The notes beneath the pieces were generated by a model. The model worked only from the letters and a program-made list of their open reading frames with translations, did no database searches and was not told where the DNA came from. A stretch of DNA of 64,000 nt from Candidatus Cybelea sp. Its GTDB lineage: Bacteria > Vulcanimicrobiota > Vulcanimicrobiia > Vulcanimicrobiales > Vulcanimicrobiaceae. Where the stretch lies: contig DAINBY010000014.1 in the NCBI GenBank assembly GCA_036732685.1, positions 2,704-66,703 of the forward strand, read 5' to 3'. A program made the translations under genes and the position numbers. This document shows positions 8,565-17,608 of the stretch, piece by piece. The number at the start of each line of letters is the position of its first letter. The stretch's first letter is position 1.

Positions 8565-9829
8565 TCTGGCTGCACCGATTCCACGCGTGCCGCGAACGTC
8601 CCGCGCCGAAGCTGGGCGGCGACTTCGTCGCCGATCGTCAACGAGGCCGCATCGTGGACGGCGGCGCCGTTCTTCGTGACGATGGCGTATCCGCGCTCTA
8701 GCGGCCGCGTCGGATCCTCGCCGTCGAGTCGCGCTAAACCGTTCTCGAGGCGCCGAAGGAACGACTGCATGGTTCGCTCGATCGAACGAACGAGCGCGCC
8801 GTCCGCGCGCACGAGGCCGAGCCGCCACTGCGCGACCCGCGCGGCGGGACTGCGCTGATCCAGCCTGCGCTCGAGCGCGCGCGTCCGCTCCGAGCAGCGC
8901 GCAAGGAACGTCGCTGCGCCGTGATCGAGCCGCAGCGCGGCGGGTCCCAAGCTCCCGGCTTTGGTCGCCAGCACCGAACGATAACCGCGCGTGAGGGAGG
9001 CGCGCAGCGCATTGAGGCGCTCGAACGCCCGCTGCCACTCCTGCGCAAGATGGACGGCCGCAGCCGTCGGCGTTGCAAGCGCGAGGTCGGCGACCTCGTC
9101 GGCGAGATGACGATTCTTCAAATGGCCCAACGCGGTAACGACGGGATGCGCGCAACGCAGGATCGCCCGTACGACCGGCTCGAGGTTAAACGTCAGCCGA
9201 TCGTCGCTCGAGCCACCCCCACGCGTGAGCACGATGACGTCGACCTTCGCGCGCGAAGCGCGGTCCATTGCCTCGGCCACTTCGACGTCGGCACCCTTTC
9301 CCTGAACGCGCGACGGAAAGAAGAGAATTTCGACGTGCGGCGCATCGGCGCGCAACCGTCCCTCGAAATCCGCGCGTGCGTCGTCGTTGCTCGTAACGAG
9401 TGCGATTCGGCGCGGAAAGAGCGGAACGGCGCGTTTTCGCGAAGCGTCAAAGGCCCCTTCGGCGCGCAGGCGGATGCGTAGCTCCTCGATCTGCGCCGCG
9501 AGCTTCCCTTCGCCCACCAGCGAGACCGCTATCGCACGAAGCTGATAGAGCGAGCGGTTCGGGCGAATTTCGATGCTGCCCGCAGCGCGTACCGTCAATC
9601 CTTCCTGGAGCTTTGGAAAGCGCCGCACTTCGTTCGCAAAGGAGAAGCAACTCAACACCGCTTCGCCTTCCTTGAGCGTCATGTTCAGGTTTCCATCCGC
9701 CCAGCGTTTGATATCGGTTATCTCTCCGACGATCGCAATGCGCTGCAGCGACGTATGCCGCGAGACCATCACGGAGAAGCGTCGCGAGAACTCGCCGACC
9801 GAGAGCTCGAGAACGCCGTCATTGTTCAC
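8561..9829 (-). CDS. xseA: Exodeoxyribonuclease VII large subunit
   Basis: GTG at 9829 (GTGA overlap with the upstream PBP stop). OB-fold N-terminus ...LQRIAIVGEITDIKRW.DGNLNMTLKE... then IALVTSNDDARADF, VDVIVLTRGGGSSDD and a coiled-coil tail. It is adjacent to xseB. Confidence 0.85.
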   Translation of the reverse strand: MNNDGVLELSVGEFSRRFSVMVSRHTSLQRIAIVGEITDIKRWADGNLNMTLKEGEAVLSCFSFANEVRRFPKLQEGLTVRAAGSIEIRPNRSLYQLRAIAVSLVGEGKLAAQIEELRIRLRAEGAFDASRKRAVPLFPRRIALVTSNDDARADFEGRLRADAPHVEILFFPSRVQGKGADVEVAEAMDRASRAKVDVIVLTRGGGSSDDRLTFNLEPVVRAILRCAHPVVTALGHLKNRHLADEVADLALATPTAAAVHLAQEWQRAFERLNALRASLTRGYRSVLATKAGSLGPAALRLDHGAATFLARCSERTRALERRLDQRSPAARVAQWRLGLVRADGALVRSIERTMQSFLRRLENGLARLDGEDPTRPLERGYAIVTKNGAAVHDAASLTIGDEVAAQLRRGTFAARVESVQPE

Positions 9830-11961
9830 CGGCGGCGTCGGGGCGTCGGTGTCGATTGCGTCGCCAACGGCGACGGCGATGCAGACGGAGATCCAGAGGG
9901 CACGATCGTCGCAGGCGGCGGCACTTCGTCGGGCGGCGACGCGTAGGGTGGGGGCACCGTCGGCGCAACGAGCCCCGCGCCGGCGCCCGCATACTGATTG
10001 GAGCGATAGGCATCGATCGAGTTTCCGCATCCGTACTGCGGCTCGGTGCCCTTCAGATAGTACTCGTAGCCGCCGCGGCCGCAACCGGCAACTTTGGCGA
10101 CCTCCTCGGTGGGAAACGGAAACTCGTGCGGCGGCGTGCCGGCAAGCGCGGCCTTCATGAAGCGCGCCCAAATGCGCGCGGGAACGTTGCCGCCGTACGA
10201 TTCGACCATCGGCGTGTAGTCGTCGTTGCCGATCCAAACCGCAGCGACGAGATCCGGCGTGAACCCGACGAACCAGGCATCGCGAAAACTCGAGGTCGTG
10301 CCGGTCTTTCCGGCGGCGGGCCGGCCGATCACCGCGTTGGGATAGCCAGTACCGCGCGCGATGACGTCCTGCAGCATCGAGGTCATGATGAAGGCGGTCC
10401 CCGCGCTCACCACATCGGTGGCCTGTGGAAATCGATCGTCGAGAATGGTACTCCCCAACGAATCCTTGACGATCCGAAACGGCGTTGGTTCGATGAAGAG
10501 GCCTTGATTCGCCAAGGTCGCATAGCCCGTGGCTTGATCGAGCACGGTAATGCCCGAAGAGCCGAGCGCAAGCGAGAGATTCGCCTCGAGCGGCGACGTC
10601 ACACCCATCCGGTGCGCGTATTCGATGACGCGATCCAGGCCGACGCGCTCGGCAAGCTTGACCGCGACGATGTTGCGCGAGAGCGTGAGTGCTTCGCGCA
10701 GCGTTATCGCGCCCATATAGCTGTTGTCGTCGTCCATCGGCGACCAGTGGGTTCCGTCACCCATCGGATAGCTCACCGCCGTATCGTCGATGATCGTCGA
10801 TGCCGGAATTCCTTGATCGATCGCTGCGGTGTAATCGTAAATCTTGAAGGACGAACCGGGCTGGCGGCGCGCCTGCCACGAGCGATTGAACTGATTACGC
10901 AGCGAGAACCCGTCGCCGCCGACCATCGCCAGAATCTCGCCGGTTGAGGGACGCAATGCGACGAGCGCGGCCTGATGTGCGCCGATCCCCTCCGCTACGG
11001 CTTGGTGCACGCCCCAGGTCACCGCGTCTTGCGCGAGCTGCTGGAGGTGGGCGTCCATCGTCGTATAGACTTGAAGGCCGCCCTGTTCGACGACGTTCGC
11101 GCCGAAAAGCTTTTGGAGCTGTGCGATCGCAAAGGTCGTGAAGTACGGGAAGCGATACCCCTGAAGGCCCTCGGGGCGCTGCGAAATCAGATCGAGCGGG
11201 GCCTCGGAGGCGGCGTTTGCCTCGGCCCGCGTCACGTAACCGCTTTCGACCATGCGATCGAGCACGTGACGCTGCCGGTCCCGGGCCAAATCGAGATTCG
11301 TAAACGGAGAGTAATCCGAAGGAGCGGCCACGATTCCCGCCAGCATCGCCGCTTGCGCGAGCGAGAGCGCGTCGACGTTGCGCCCGAAGTAGGTGTGTGC
11401 GGCAGCGTCGACGCCGTACGCTCCGGCGCCGAGATAGATGATGTTGAGGTAGCGCTCGAGGATCTCGTCTTTAGTGTAGTAGCGCTCGATCTCGATCGCG
11501 AGCAAGGCTTCCTGAATCTTGCGCGACATCGATACCTGATCGTTGAGAAAGAGCCGCCTCGCGAGTTGTTGCGTGATCGTCGAGGCGCCTTGGAACTGCT
11601 GATGCGTCACGTCGGCGAACGCGGCGCGCACGATGCTCTGGAAATCGACGCCGTGATGGCGATAGAAGTTGTGATCCTCGTTGGCTACGAAAGCGTCGCG
11701 GACGAGGGGCGGGATGCCCGAGATCGGCACCCAGACGCGGTTCTCTTTGTAGACCGAGGCGAGCAGCGCTCCGTCGCGTGCGAAAATGCGGGTCGAGCTC
11801 GCCGGTTGGTAATCGGCCATACGGCTGATGTCGGGCAGGTTTCGTCCGTACGTCGCGATTAGGCCCGCGACCGTGCCGATCCCAAAGAGCACGATCATCA
11901 GCAGCGCGACCAGGAGGCCTCGCCAAAAGCCGCCGCCGCGCCCTCGTCTACGCTTTGACAT
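9826..11961 (-). CDS. Class A penicillin-binding protein (bifunctional glycosyltransferase/transpeptidase, PBP1A type)
   Basis: 711 aa. N-terminal TM helix, GT51 motifs (FVANEDHNFYRHHGVD, GASTITQQLAR), a transpeptidase SxxK region (PGSSFKIYDY) and KTGTT. The tail is Pro-rich. Confidence 0.9.
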   Translation of the reverse strand: MSKRRRGRGGGFWRGLLVALLMIVLFGIGTVAGLIATYGRNLPDISRMADYQPASSTRIFARDGALLASVYKENRVWVPISGIPPLVRDAFVANEDHNFYRHHGVDFQSIVRAAFADVTHQQFQGASTITQQLARRLFLNDQVSMSRKIQEALLAIEIERYYTKDEILERYLNIIYLGAGAYGVDAAAHTYFGRNVDALSLAQAAMLAGIVAAPSDYSPFTNLDLARDRQRHVLDRMVESGYVTRAEANAASEAPLDLISQRPEGLQGYRFPYFTTFAIAQLQKLFGANVVEQGGLQVYTTMDAHLQQLAQDAVTWGVHQAVAEGIGAHQAALVALRPSTGEILAMVGGDGFSLRNQFNRSWQARRQPGSSFKIYDYTAAIDQGIPASTIIDDTAVSYPMGDGTHWSPMDDDNSYMGAITLREALTLSRNIVAVKLAERVGLDRVIEYAHRMGVTSPLEANLSLALGSSGITVLDQATGYATLANQGLFIEPTPFRIVKDSLGSTILDDRFPQATDVVSAGTAFIMTSMLQDVIARGTGYPNAVIGRPAAGKTGTTSSFRDAWFVGFTPDLVAAVWIGNDDYTPMVESYGGNVPARIWARFMKAALAGTPPHEFPFPTEEVAKVAGCGRGGYEYYLKGTEPQYGCGNSIDAYRSNQYAGAGAGLVAPTVPPPYASPPDEVPPPATIVPSGSPSASPSPLATQSTPTPRRRR

Positions 11962-12349
11962 TTGCTACCGCGCTGAGCACGCCGTTGACGAAACGTCCGG
12001 AGTCCTCGGTGGAGAATCGTTTCGCGAGCGCCACCGCTTCGTTAATCGCGACCGCCGTGGGCGTCTCGGGGCGGCAGCGAAGTTCGAACGTTGCCATCTC
12101 TAAGAGCAGCCGGTCGATGGTCGGCAAGCGCTCGATGGCCCAGCCATCGAGCAGCGGGCTCACGATCCGATCGGCCTCGGCGGCGTAATCGAGCGTCCCC
12201 ATCGCGAGCTCTTCGACGAATGCCCGCTGCTCGCTCGCCGCTTCTTCTCCGACGATCTCGCGCACCGCATCGCGCGGTTCCCGATCGCCGATAACGACCG
12301 AATACAACACTTGCAAGGCTTGCTCGCGCGCGAGTCGCCGCGAGGTCAT
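11948..12349 (-). CDS. nusB: Transcription antitermination factor NusB
   Basis: 133 aa: [14 protein letters not shown]...[13 protein letters not shown]...[16 protein letters not shown]...SGRFVNGVL, canonical NusB. ATGA overlap with accC. Confidence 0.9.
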   Translation of the reverse strand: MTSRRLAREQALQVLYSVVIGDREPRDAVREIVGEEAASEQRAFVEELAMGTLDYAAEADRIVSPLLDGWAIERLPTIDRLLLEMATFELRCRPETPTAVAINEAVALAKRFSTEDSGRFVNGVLSAVANVKA

Positions 12350-13725
12350 CGCACGTGCGGGTGGGCCGGATGCACCGGCGCACCGTTGGAGAGAATGCGC
12401 GCCGGAATGAACTCGACGTCGTAGCGCCCGGAGCGAAACTCGGGCGTCGCGAGAATCTCGAGGCAGAGGTCGATCGTCGTGCTCACGCCTTCGACGAGCG
12501 TCTCGCGCAGCGCTCGGTCCATCCGCGCGATCGCCACCTTGCGGGTCTCGCCGAACGCGACGATTTTTGCGATCATCGAATCGTAGTACGGCGGAATCGC
12601 GGCGCCCGCGTACAAATGCGTGTCGACCCGAATCCCCGGTCCACCCGGGAAGACGAGTTTGGAGACGGTTCCGGCCGCCGGCGCAAAGTTATTGCGAGGA
12701 TCCTCGGCGTTGATCCGGCACTCGATCGCGTGGCCGCGGGCAACGAGATCGTCTTGCACGTATCCGAGCGGCTCGCCGGCGGCGATACGAATCTGCTCCT
12801 TGACGAGGTCGATGTTGTAGACCATCTCGGTAACGGGATGCTCGACCTGGATGCGCGTGTTCATCTCCATGAAGTACGCGTCGTCGCCCGCCACGAGAAA
12901 CTCGAGCGTGCCGGCGTTCGTGTAGCCGACGTAGCGTGCCGCCTGCAAGGCCATACCGTGCAACGAATCGCGCGCCGGCGGCGAGAGATTCGGCGCGGGC
13001 GTCTCTTCGACCAGCTTCTGATGCGCCGGTTTCTGCACCGAACAATCGCGTTCGCCCAAGTGAACCACGGTGCCGAATTCGTCGCCGAGTACCTGGACCT
13101 CGATGTGCCGCGGCTCGCGGATCAACCGTTCGACATAGACGCGGCCATCTTTGAAGCTTGCCTCGGCCTCCGCGGTCGCACCGGCGTACGCGCGGCTCAG
13201 CTCGCTCGCCTCGTTCACGACGCGCATCCCTCGTCCGCCGCCGCCCGCCGTGGCCTTCAACAGCAACGGGTAGCCGATCGATCTCGCGGCGCGCTCCGCC
13301 TCCTCGACCGATGCCAGAACGTCACTTCCGGGCGTCGTTGGGACGCCCGCCTCGCGAACGACGCGTTTCGCCGTCGCCTTGTCACCCATTAGCGCGATGA
13401 CGCTGGGTTTGGGTCCGATGAAGGTGAGTCCGTGGTCGTTGCAGATCTCGGCGAAGCGCGCGTTCTCCGCCAGGAACCCGTAGCCGGGATGAACCGCATC
13501 GCACTGCGTGATGAGCGCGGTCGAGATGATGTTCGGAATGTTGAGATACGATCGTCCGGCCGGACCGGGACCGACGCAAAACGCTTCGTCGCTTTGACGC
13601 ACGTGCAGCGAATCGCGATCGGCCTCGGAATAGATTGCCACCGTCCGAACGCCCAGCTCTTGGCAGGCGCGATTGATTCGCAACGCGATCTCGCCACGAT
13701 TGGCGATCAAGACTTTTTTGAAGAT
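12346..13725 (-). CDS. accC: Biotin carboxylase (AccC-type)
   Basis: [20 protein letters not shown]..., ATP-grasp [24 protein letters not shown]. The first canonical start is TTG at 13710. The in-frame upstream codons ATC-TTC-AAA-AAA-GTC complete the conserved [12 protein letters not shown]-terminus, so I extend to ATC at 13723-13725 (see findings). Confidence 0.88.
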   Translation of the reverse strand: MFKKVLIANRGEIALRINRACQELGVRTVAIYSEADRDSLHVRQSDEAFCVGPGPAGRSYLNIPNIISTALITQCDAVHPGYGFLAENARFAEICNDHGLTFIGPKPSVIALMGDKATAKRVVREAGVPTTPGSDVLASVEEAERAARSIGYPLLLKATAGGGGRGMRVVNEASELSRAYAGATAEAEASFKDGRVYVERLIREPRHIEVQVLGDEFGTVVHLGERDCSVQKPAHQKLVEETPAPNLSPPARDSLHGMALQAARYVGYTNAGTLEFLVAGDDAYFMEMNTRIQVEHPVTEMVYNIDLVKEQIRIAAGEPLGYVQDDLVARGHAIECRINAEDPRNNFAPAAGTVSKLVFPGGPGIRVDTHLYAGAAIPPYYDSMIAKIVAFGETRKVAIARMDRALRETLVEGVSTTIDLCLEILATPEFRSGRYDVEFIPARILSNGAPVHPAHPHVR

Positions 13726-13727
13726 AA

Positions 13728-14621
13728 CTACTTCCCTCGCGCTACTAAGAAGAGCGCCTGGCCGTACTCGACCGGCATACCGTCGGCCGTTGCCACCGAG
13801 ACGAGCCTGCCCGGCCCCAAGCTGTGAATCGGCGTGCGAATACCGAGCGCTTCGATATAGCCGAGCTCGCGATCGCCGTCCAGTGCGTCGCCTTCGGCCG
13901 GTACCGGGCGGGTCAAGCGGAAGATGCCGACGAGATCCGCTTTGATCGTGTCGATGCGTTGCGACGCAACCTCGGCCGATCGCGCTTCCATTCCTCGATC
14001 GGGCGTTCGAATCGGCTTTGGAGCCGCAACGAGTTCGATCTCGCCCGCGGCGTCCTCCACCCGAACGGCAACGGCATCGCTTTCGGCCAGAAAGCGCGCG
14101 AGCGCGCGTACGCGTTCGCTTACGAACGGTTGCTCTAGGGGCATCACGTCAACGCTTTCGCGCTCGGCGCGCGCCACCCCCGCGAGCTCCGACGGTCGCA
14201 GCGCGTCGCGTAGCGCCGTGAAGCGATCGTCGATCTCGGCGAGCGGCACCAAAACGAAGGCGCGCTCGCGCAGGTGCGCGTGAGGAACGCGCAGCCCCGC
14301 TTCGTCGATCTCGAGCTCGTCGAAGATCAACAGATCGAGGTCGATCGCGCGCGGACCCCATCGCTCGCGGCGAATCCGGCCCGACTCGCGCTCGATCGCG
14401 AGCAAGCGCTCCAGCAACAAGCGCGGAGTCATCTCCGTTTGGACGAGCGCCACCGCGTTGAGGAACCATGGCTGATCGGTATTTCCCCACGGGGCAGTAC
14501 GGTAGAGCGACGAGCGACGCACCACGCGACCGAGCTCGCGCAGTGACGCGAACGCGCGCTCGACGTTTGCGAAGCGGTCGCCGAGGTTGCTGCCGATTCC
14601 GATGAAGGCCGAGTGCGTCAA
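13728..14621 (-). CDS. folK: HPPK (FolK) fused in frame to a BCCP-like (AccB-homologous) domain lacking the biotinyl-lysine
   Basis: TTG at 14621 overlaps the folB stop. HPPK part: [12 protein letters not shown]...LYRTAPWG...[10 protein letters not shown]...[15 protein letters not shown]. No stop occurs before MPLEQPF.... The remaining roughly 137 aa aligns without gaps to AccB, but the motif reads EALGIRT instead of EAMKMMN. Confidence 0.75.
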   Translation of the reverse strand: MTHSAFIGIGSNLGDRFANVERAFASLRELGRVVRRSSLYRTAPWGNTDQPWFLNAVALVQTEMTPRLLLERLLAIERESGRIRRERWGPRAIDLDLLIFDELEIDEAGLRVPHAHLRERAFVLVPLAEIDDRFTALRDALRPSELAGVARAERESVDVMPLEQPFVSERVRALARFLAESDAVAVRVEDAAGEIELVAAPKPIRTPDRGMEARSAEVASQRIDTIKADLVGIFRLTRPVPAEGDALDGDRELGYIEALGIRTPIHSLGPGRLVSVATADGMPVEYGQALFLVARGK

Positions 14622-14998
14622 CTCGCGTCGTATCGCGGATTGGGGCGATCCAGCGTCACGCTCGGCGTTGCGCCGTCGAGAATGCCGGGCTTCGACAGGG
14701 TTATGCGGGCGCGCGCGATGCGGCGATCGGCGAAGACGGCTTCGAGCAGATCGCCCGCCAGGCGTTCGAGGAGTGCATACGACTTCGTAGCGACGATCGT
14801 AACGAGCTCGTCGCGAAGCGCCGAATAATCGAGCGTCTCCGCCAGCTCGTCGGATCGCTGCGCCGCACTGAGATCGATCTCGGCGGTGAGGTCGATCCTG
14901 AGGAGCTGCCGGCGTTCGCGTTCTTGCAGGAGCGCACCGATGCGACCGTAGGCGCGCACGCCGCGCAGCGTTATGGCGTCCAATCGGCGGGCCTCCAT
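14618..14998 (-). CDS. folB: Dihydroneopterin aldolase
   Basis: 126 aa from the ATG at 14998: ITLRGVRAYGRIGALLQERERRQLLRIDL...DYSALRDELV... is the FolB pattern. It lies between folP and folK. Confidence 0.85.
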   Translation of the reverse strand: MEARRLDAITLRGVRAYGRIGALLQERERRQLLRIDLTAEIDLSAAQRSDELAETLDYSALRDELVTIVATKSYALLERLAGDLLEAVFADRRIARARITLSKPGILDGATPSVTLDRPNPRYDAS

Positions 14999-15831
14999 CC
15001 GCGCACGATTGCATCGGCGACACTGACCGCATCGCGCGCGGCCGCAACGTCGTGCACGCGCACGATATCGATACCGGCCCGCACGGCGAGTGCAATCGTC
15101 GCGGCCGTACCGTAGACGCGGTCGGCCGGTCTTCGCCCGGTAAGTCTGCCGATGGTCGACTTGCGCGAGGTGCCGATCATCGTCGGAAAGCCAAGCGATA
15201 CAACCCTGTCGAGCGCGCACAGAACCTCGATGTTCTGGTCGGCGGTCTTTCCGAAACCGATTCCGGGATCGAGGATGATTCGTTCGGCCGGTATTCCGCG
15301 TGCTATCGCGCGGGCCGCGCAATTATCGAGATAGCCCACCACGGCGTCGACGACGCGGCCGTCGTAGGCCGTGCCGTTTTGATTGTGCATCGCCACGATC
15401 GGGATGCCTAGCTCGGCCGCGAGGTCCAATAACTCGTCCGGCGCACCCCATACCGAGTTGACGAGATCGGCCCCGGCCGCGTGCGCGGCGCGGACGACCA
15501 TCGGCTTATAGCTATCGATCGATATCGGAACGCCGGGTAGCTGCGAGCGTACCGCGCGGATGACCGGAAGAACGCGTGCCATTTCGACCGCTTCGTCGAC
15601 GGGCCGGTGACCGGGACGCGTCGACTCCCCGCCGACGTCGAGGATGTCGGCCCCCTCGCTGCACTGCACCACGGCGCGCGCGCTCGCTTCCGACGCGCTC
15701 TCCAGGCCGTCGCCGGAGAACGAGTCCGGCGTAACGTTGACGATTCCCATGACGTACGTGCGCGAACCCCATCGCAGCTCGCTATCGCGCAGTGCGAGGC
15801 CGCCGTTCAGACCGTGGTCGGTGCGTACCAT
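14971..15831 (-). CDS. folP: Dihydropteroate synthase
   Basis: ATG at 15831. Motifs: VMGIVNVTPDSFSGDG, ADILDVGGESTRPG, ISIDSYKP, ILDPGIGFGKT, GTSRKS. Confidence 0.9.
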   Translation of the reverse strand: MVRTDHGLNGGLALRDSELRWGSRTYVMGIVNVTPDSFSGDGLESASEASARAVVQCSEGADILDVGGESTRPGHRPVDEAVEMARVLPVIRAVRSQLPGVPISIDSYKPMVVRAAHAAGADLVNSVWGAPDELLDLAAELGIPIVAMHNQNGTAYDGRVVDAVVGYLDNCAARAIARGIPAERIILDPGIGFGKTADQNIEVLCALDRVVSLGFPTMIGTSRKSTIGRLTGRRPADRVYGTAATIALAVRAGIDIVRVHDVAAARDAVSVADAIVRGWRPADWTP

Positions 15832-17129
15832 TCGCGCAATCCAGCAACGATAAACGTCGAGCCGGTTACGACGACCACGTCGTCGATCTCGGCGCGGCGG
15901 CGAGCGACGGTCAAGGCTTCGATCGGATCGGCGACCGTTCGTCCCCACGTGCCGAGCGTTTCGGCGATCGCGGCCAGCCGTTGCGGCGCGATCGCACGCC
16001 GCCCCGAAACGGCGAAACTCGTAAACGTAAAGGTCGACGGGAGCTGCGCGAGGATCTCGATGATTCGCCGCGCATCTTTCGACTCTCCGATGGCGACGAC
16101 GTAATGGATTCGTCGTCCGGCGAAGCGTTCGCGCAACGAAGCGACGAGCGATTCGGCCTTCTCCGCGTTATGCGCGATATCGAAGACGACCGTCGGGTTG
16201 CGCGACACGACCTCCATGCGACCGGGAATGACGAGCTCTGCAAAAGCACGCACCACCTCCTCGACGCTCGGCCGCAACTCTTCGCCGAGCAGTTCGATGA
16301 CCGCGATTGCCGTCGCCGCGTTCACGCGCTGGAAGATGCCGAGCACCGGCATCCGGAGGCGATACGATCCGCGCGCCGAGGTCGCCGAGAGCGTTTGCCC
16401 CAGCGGGTACTCCTCGCTCTCAGTTTGCACGGAAACGGCCTGCGCAACGTTGACGACGCGAGCCCCGGCCTGCTCCGCGTATCGCGCGATCGCGGCTGCG
16501 GCGCCGTCCGGTACTGCGGCGAGCACCAGTGGAACGCCGCGCTTCGCGATGCCGGCCTTCTCGAGCGCGATCTCCTCGAGCGTCGTGCCAAGCACGTCGG
16601 TATGGTCGTAGCCGATCGAGGTAATGGCGGCGACCAGCGGATGGATGACGTTCGTGCCGTCGAGTCTGCCGCCCAAGCCGACTTCGATCACCGCGATGTC
16701 GACGCGCTCCTGCGCGAAGTAGGTAAAGGCGAGCGCGAGCAGCGTTTCGTAGTAAGTCGGCCGTCCGTAGTTCGATGCCGTTGCCTCGATTGCCGGCATC
16801 ATCGCATCGAGCAGCGCCGCGAAGCGTTCGCGCGAGACCGAGCGGCCGTCGATGCGGGCGCGTTCGGTCATCGAGTGCAAATGCGGCTTGGTGTGTAAGC
16901 CCGTGCGTCGCCCGGCGGCCTGCAGCGTGGCGGCGATCATCGTCGAGGTCGATCCTTTTCCGCTCGTCCCGCCGACGTGAATCGTGGGATAGGCGCGATG
17001 CGGATCGCCCAACGCGGCGAGGAAAGCGTACATGCGGTCGAGCTTGTACGACGTCCGCGGCGAAGCGATTTCGTCGATCGTGCCGAGCAGGTACTGCTCG
17101 GCCTCCTCGTAGGTGCCGATGCGGGTCAT
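15807..17129 (-). CDS. folC: Bifunctional folylpolyglutamate synthase/dihydrofolate synthase
   Basis: 440 aa: IHVGGTSGKGSTSTMIA (P-loop of the Mur ligase family), VIEVGLGGRLDGTN, YDHTDVLG. Confidence 0.9.
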   Translation of the reverse strand: MTRIGTYEEAEQYLLGTIDEIASPRTSYKLDRMYAFLAALGDPHRAYPTIHVGGTSGKGSTSTMIAATLQAAGRRTGLHTKPHLHSMTERARIDGRSVSRERFAALLDAMMPAIEATASNYGRPTYYETLLALAFTYFAQERVDIAVIEVGLGGRLDGTNVIHPLVAAITSIGYDHTDVLGTTLEEIALEKAGIAKRGVPLVLAAVPDGAAAAIARYAEQAGARVVNVAQAVSVQTESEEYPLGQTLSATSARGSYRLRMPVLGIFQRVNAATAIAVIELLGEELRPSVEEVVRAFAELVIPGRMEVVSRNPTVVFDIAHNAEKAESLVASLRERFAGRRIHYVVAIGESKDARRIIEILAQLPSTFTFTSFAVSGRRAIAPQRLAAIAETLGTWGRTVADPIEALTVARRRAEIDDVVVVTGSTFIVAGLREWYAPTTV

Positions 17130-17608
17130 CCGTCTACGACGCGATCGGCAAGAAGTTCGAGCGCGTGCGGCAGCACCGGCAGGAGGACGTCGAGCGTCTC
17201 TCTCACCGCTCGCGGGCTTCCGGGAAGGTTGACGATCAGCGTGCGGTCGCGAACGCCCGCAAGCGCGCGAGAGAGCATCGCGGTCTTCGTCTTGACGAGC
17301 GAGGCCGCACGGATCGCCTCGGCGATTCCCGGAACTTCGTAGTCGATCACCGCTGCGGTTGCCTGCGGCGTGCGGTCGCGCGGCGAGAGGCCCGTGCCGC
17401 CGCTGGTCAGGATCAGATCGGCCGCGTGCGAATCAGCCAGTTCGATGATCTCGGCTTGCAACGCGGCGGCGTCGTCGCCGATGATCCGCTCGCGCACGAT
17501 CGAATAGACGCCCGCGAGCCGTTCCCGCATCAGCGGAATGCACTCGTCGGCGCGCTCTCCCGCGGCCGCGCGGTCGGAGAGCACGATCAGCGCAACGTTA
17601 AAGGTCAC
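17126..17608 (-). CDS. mog: Molybdopterin adenylyltransferase / MogA-MoaB family protein
   Basis: 160 aa: ALIVLSDRAA.GER.D......ADLILTSGGTGLSPRDRTPQA...NLPGSP.AV, the MoCF_biosynth domain pattern. Confidence 0.85.
   Translation of the reverse strand: MTFNVALIVLSDRAAAGERADECIPLMRERLAGVYSIVRERIIGDDAAALQAEIIELADSHAADLILTSGGTGLSPRDRTPQATAAVIDYEVPGIAEAIRAASLVKTKTAMLSRALAGVRDRTLIVNLPGSPRAVRETLDVLLPVLPHALELLADRVVDG

Noticed and set aside
14130-14160. Treating the folK/BCCP-like junction as two ordinary overlapping genes.
   Set aside because: In the sequence as given, the HPPK frame is the ATG frame and contains no stop. The TGA in gTGAtg is out of frame. I therefore report a fusion, and flag that one indel in the unconserved HPPK tail would restore a TGATG two-gene junction.
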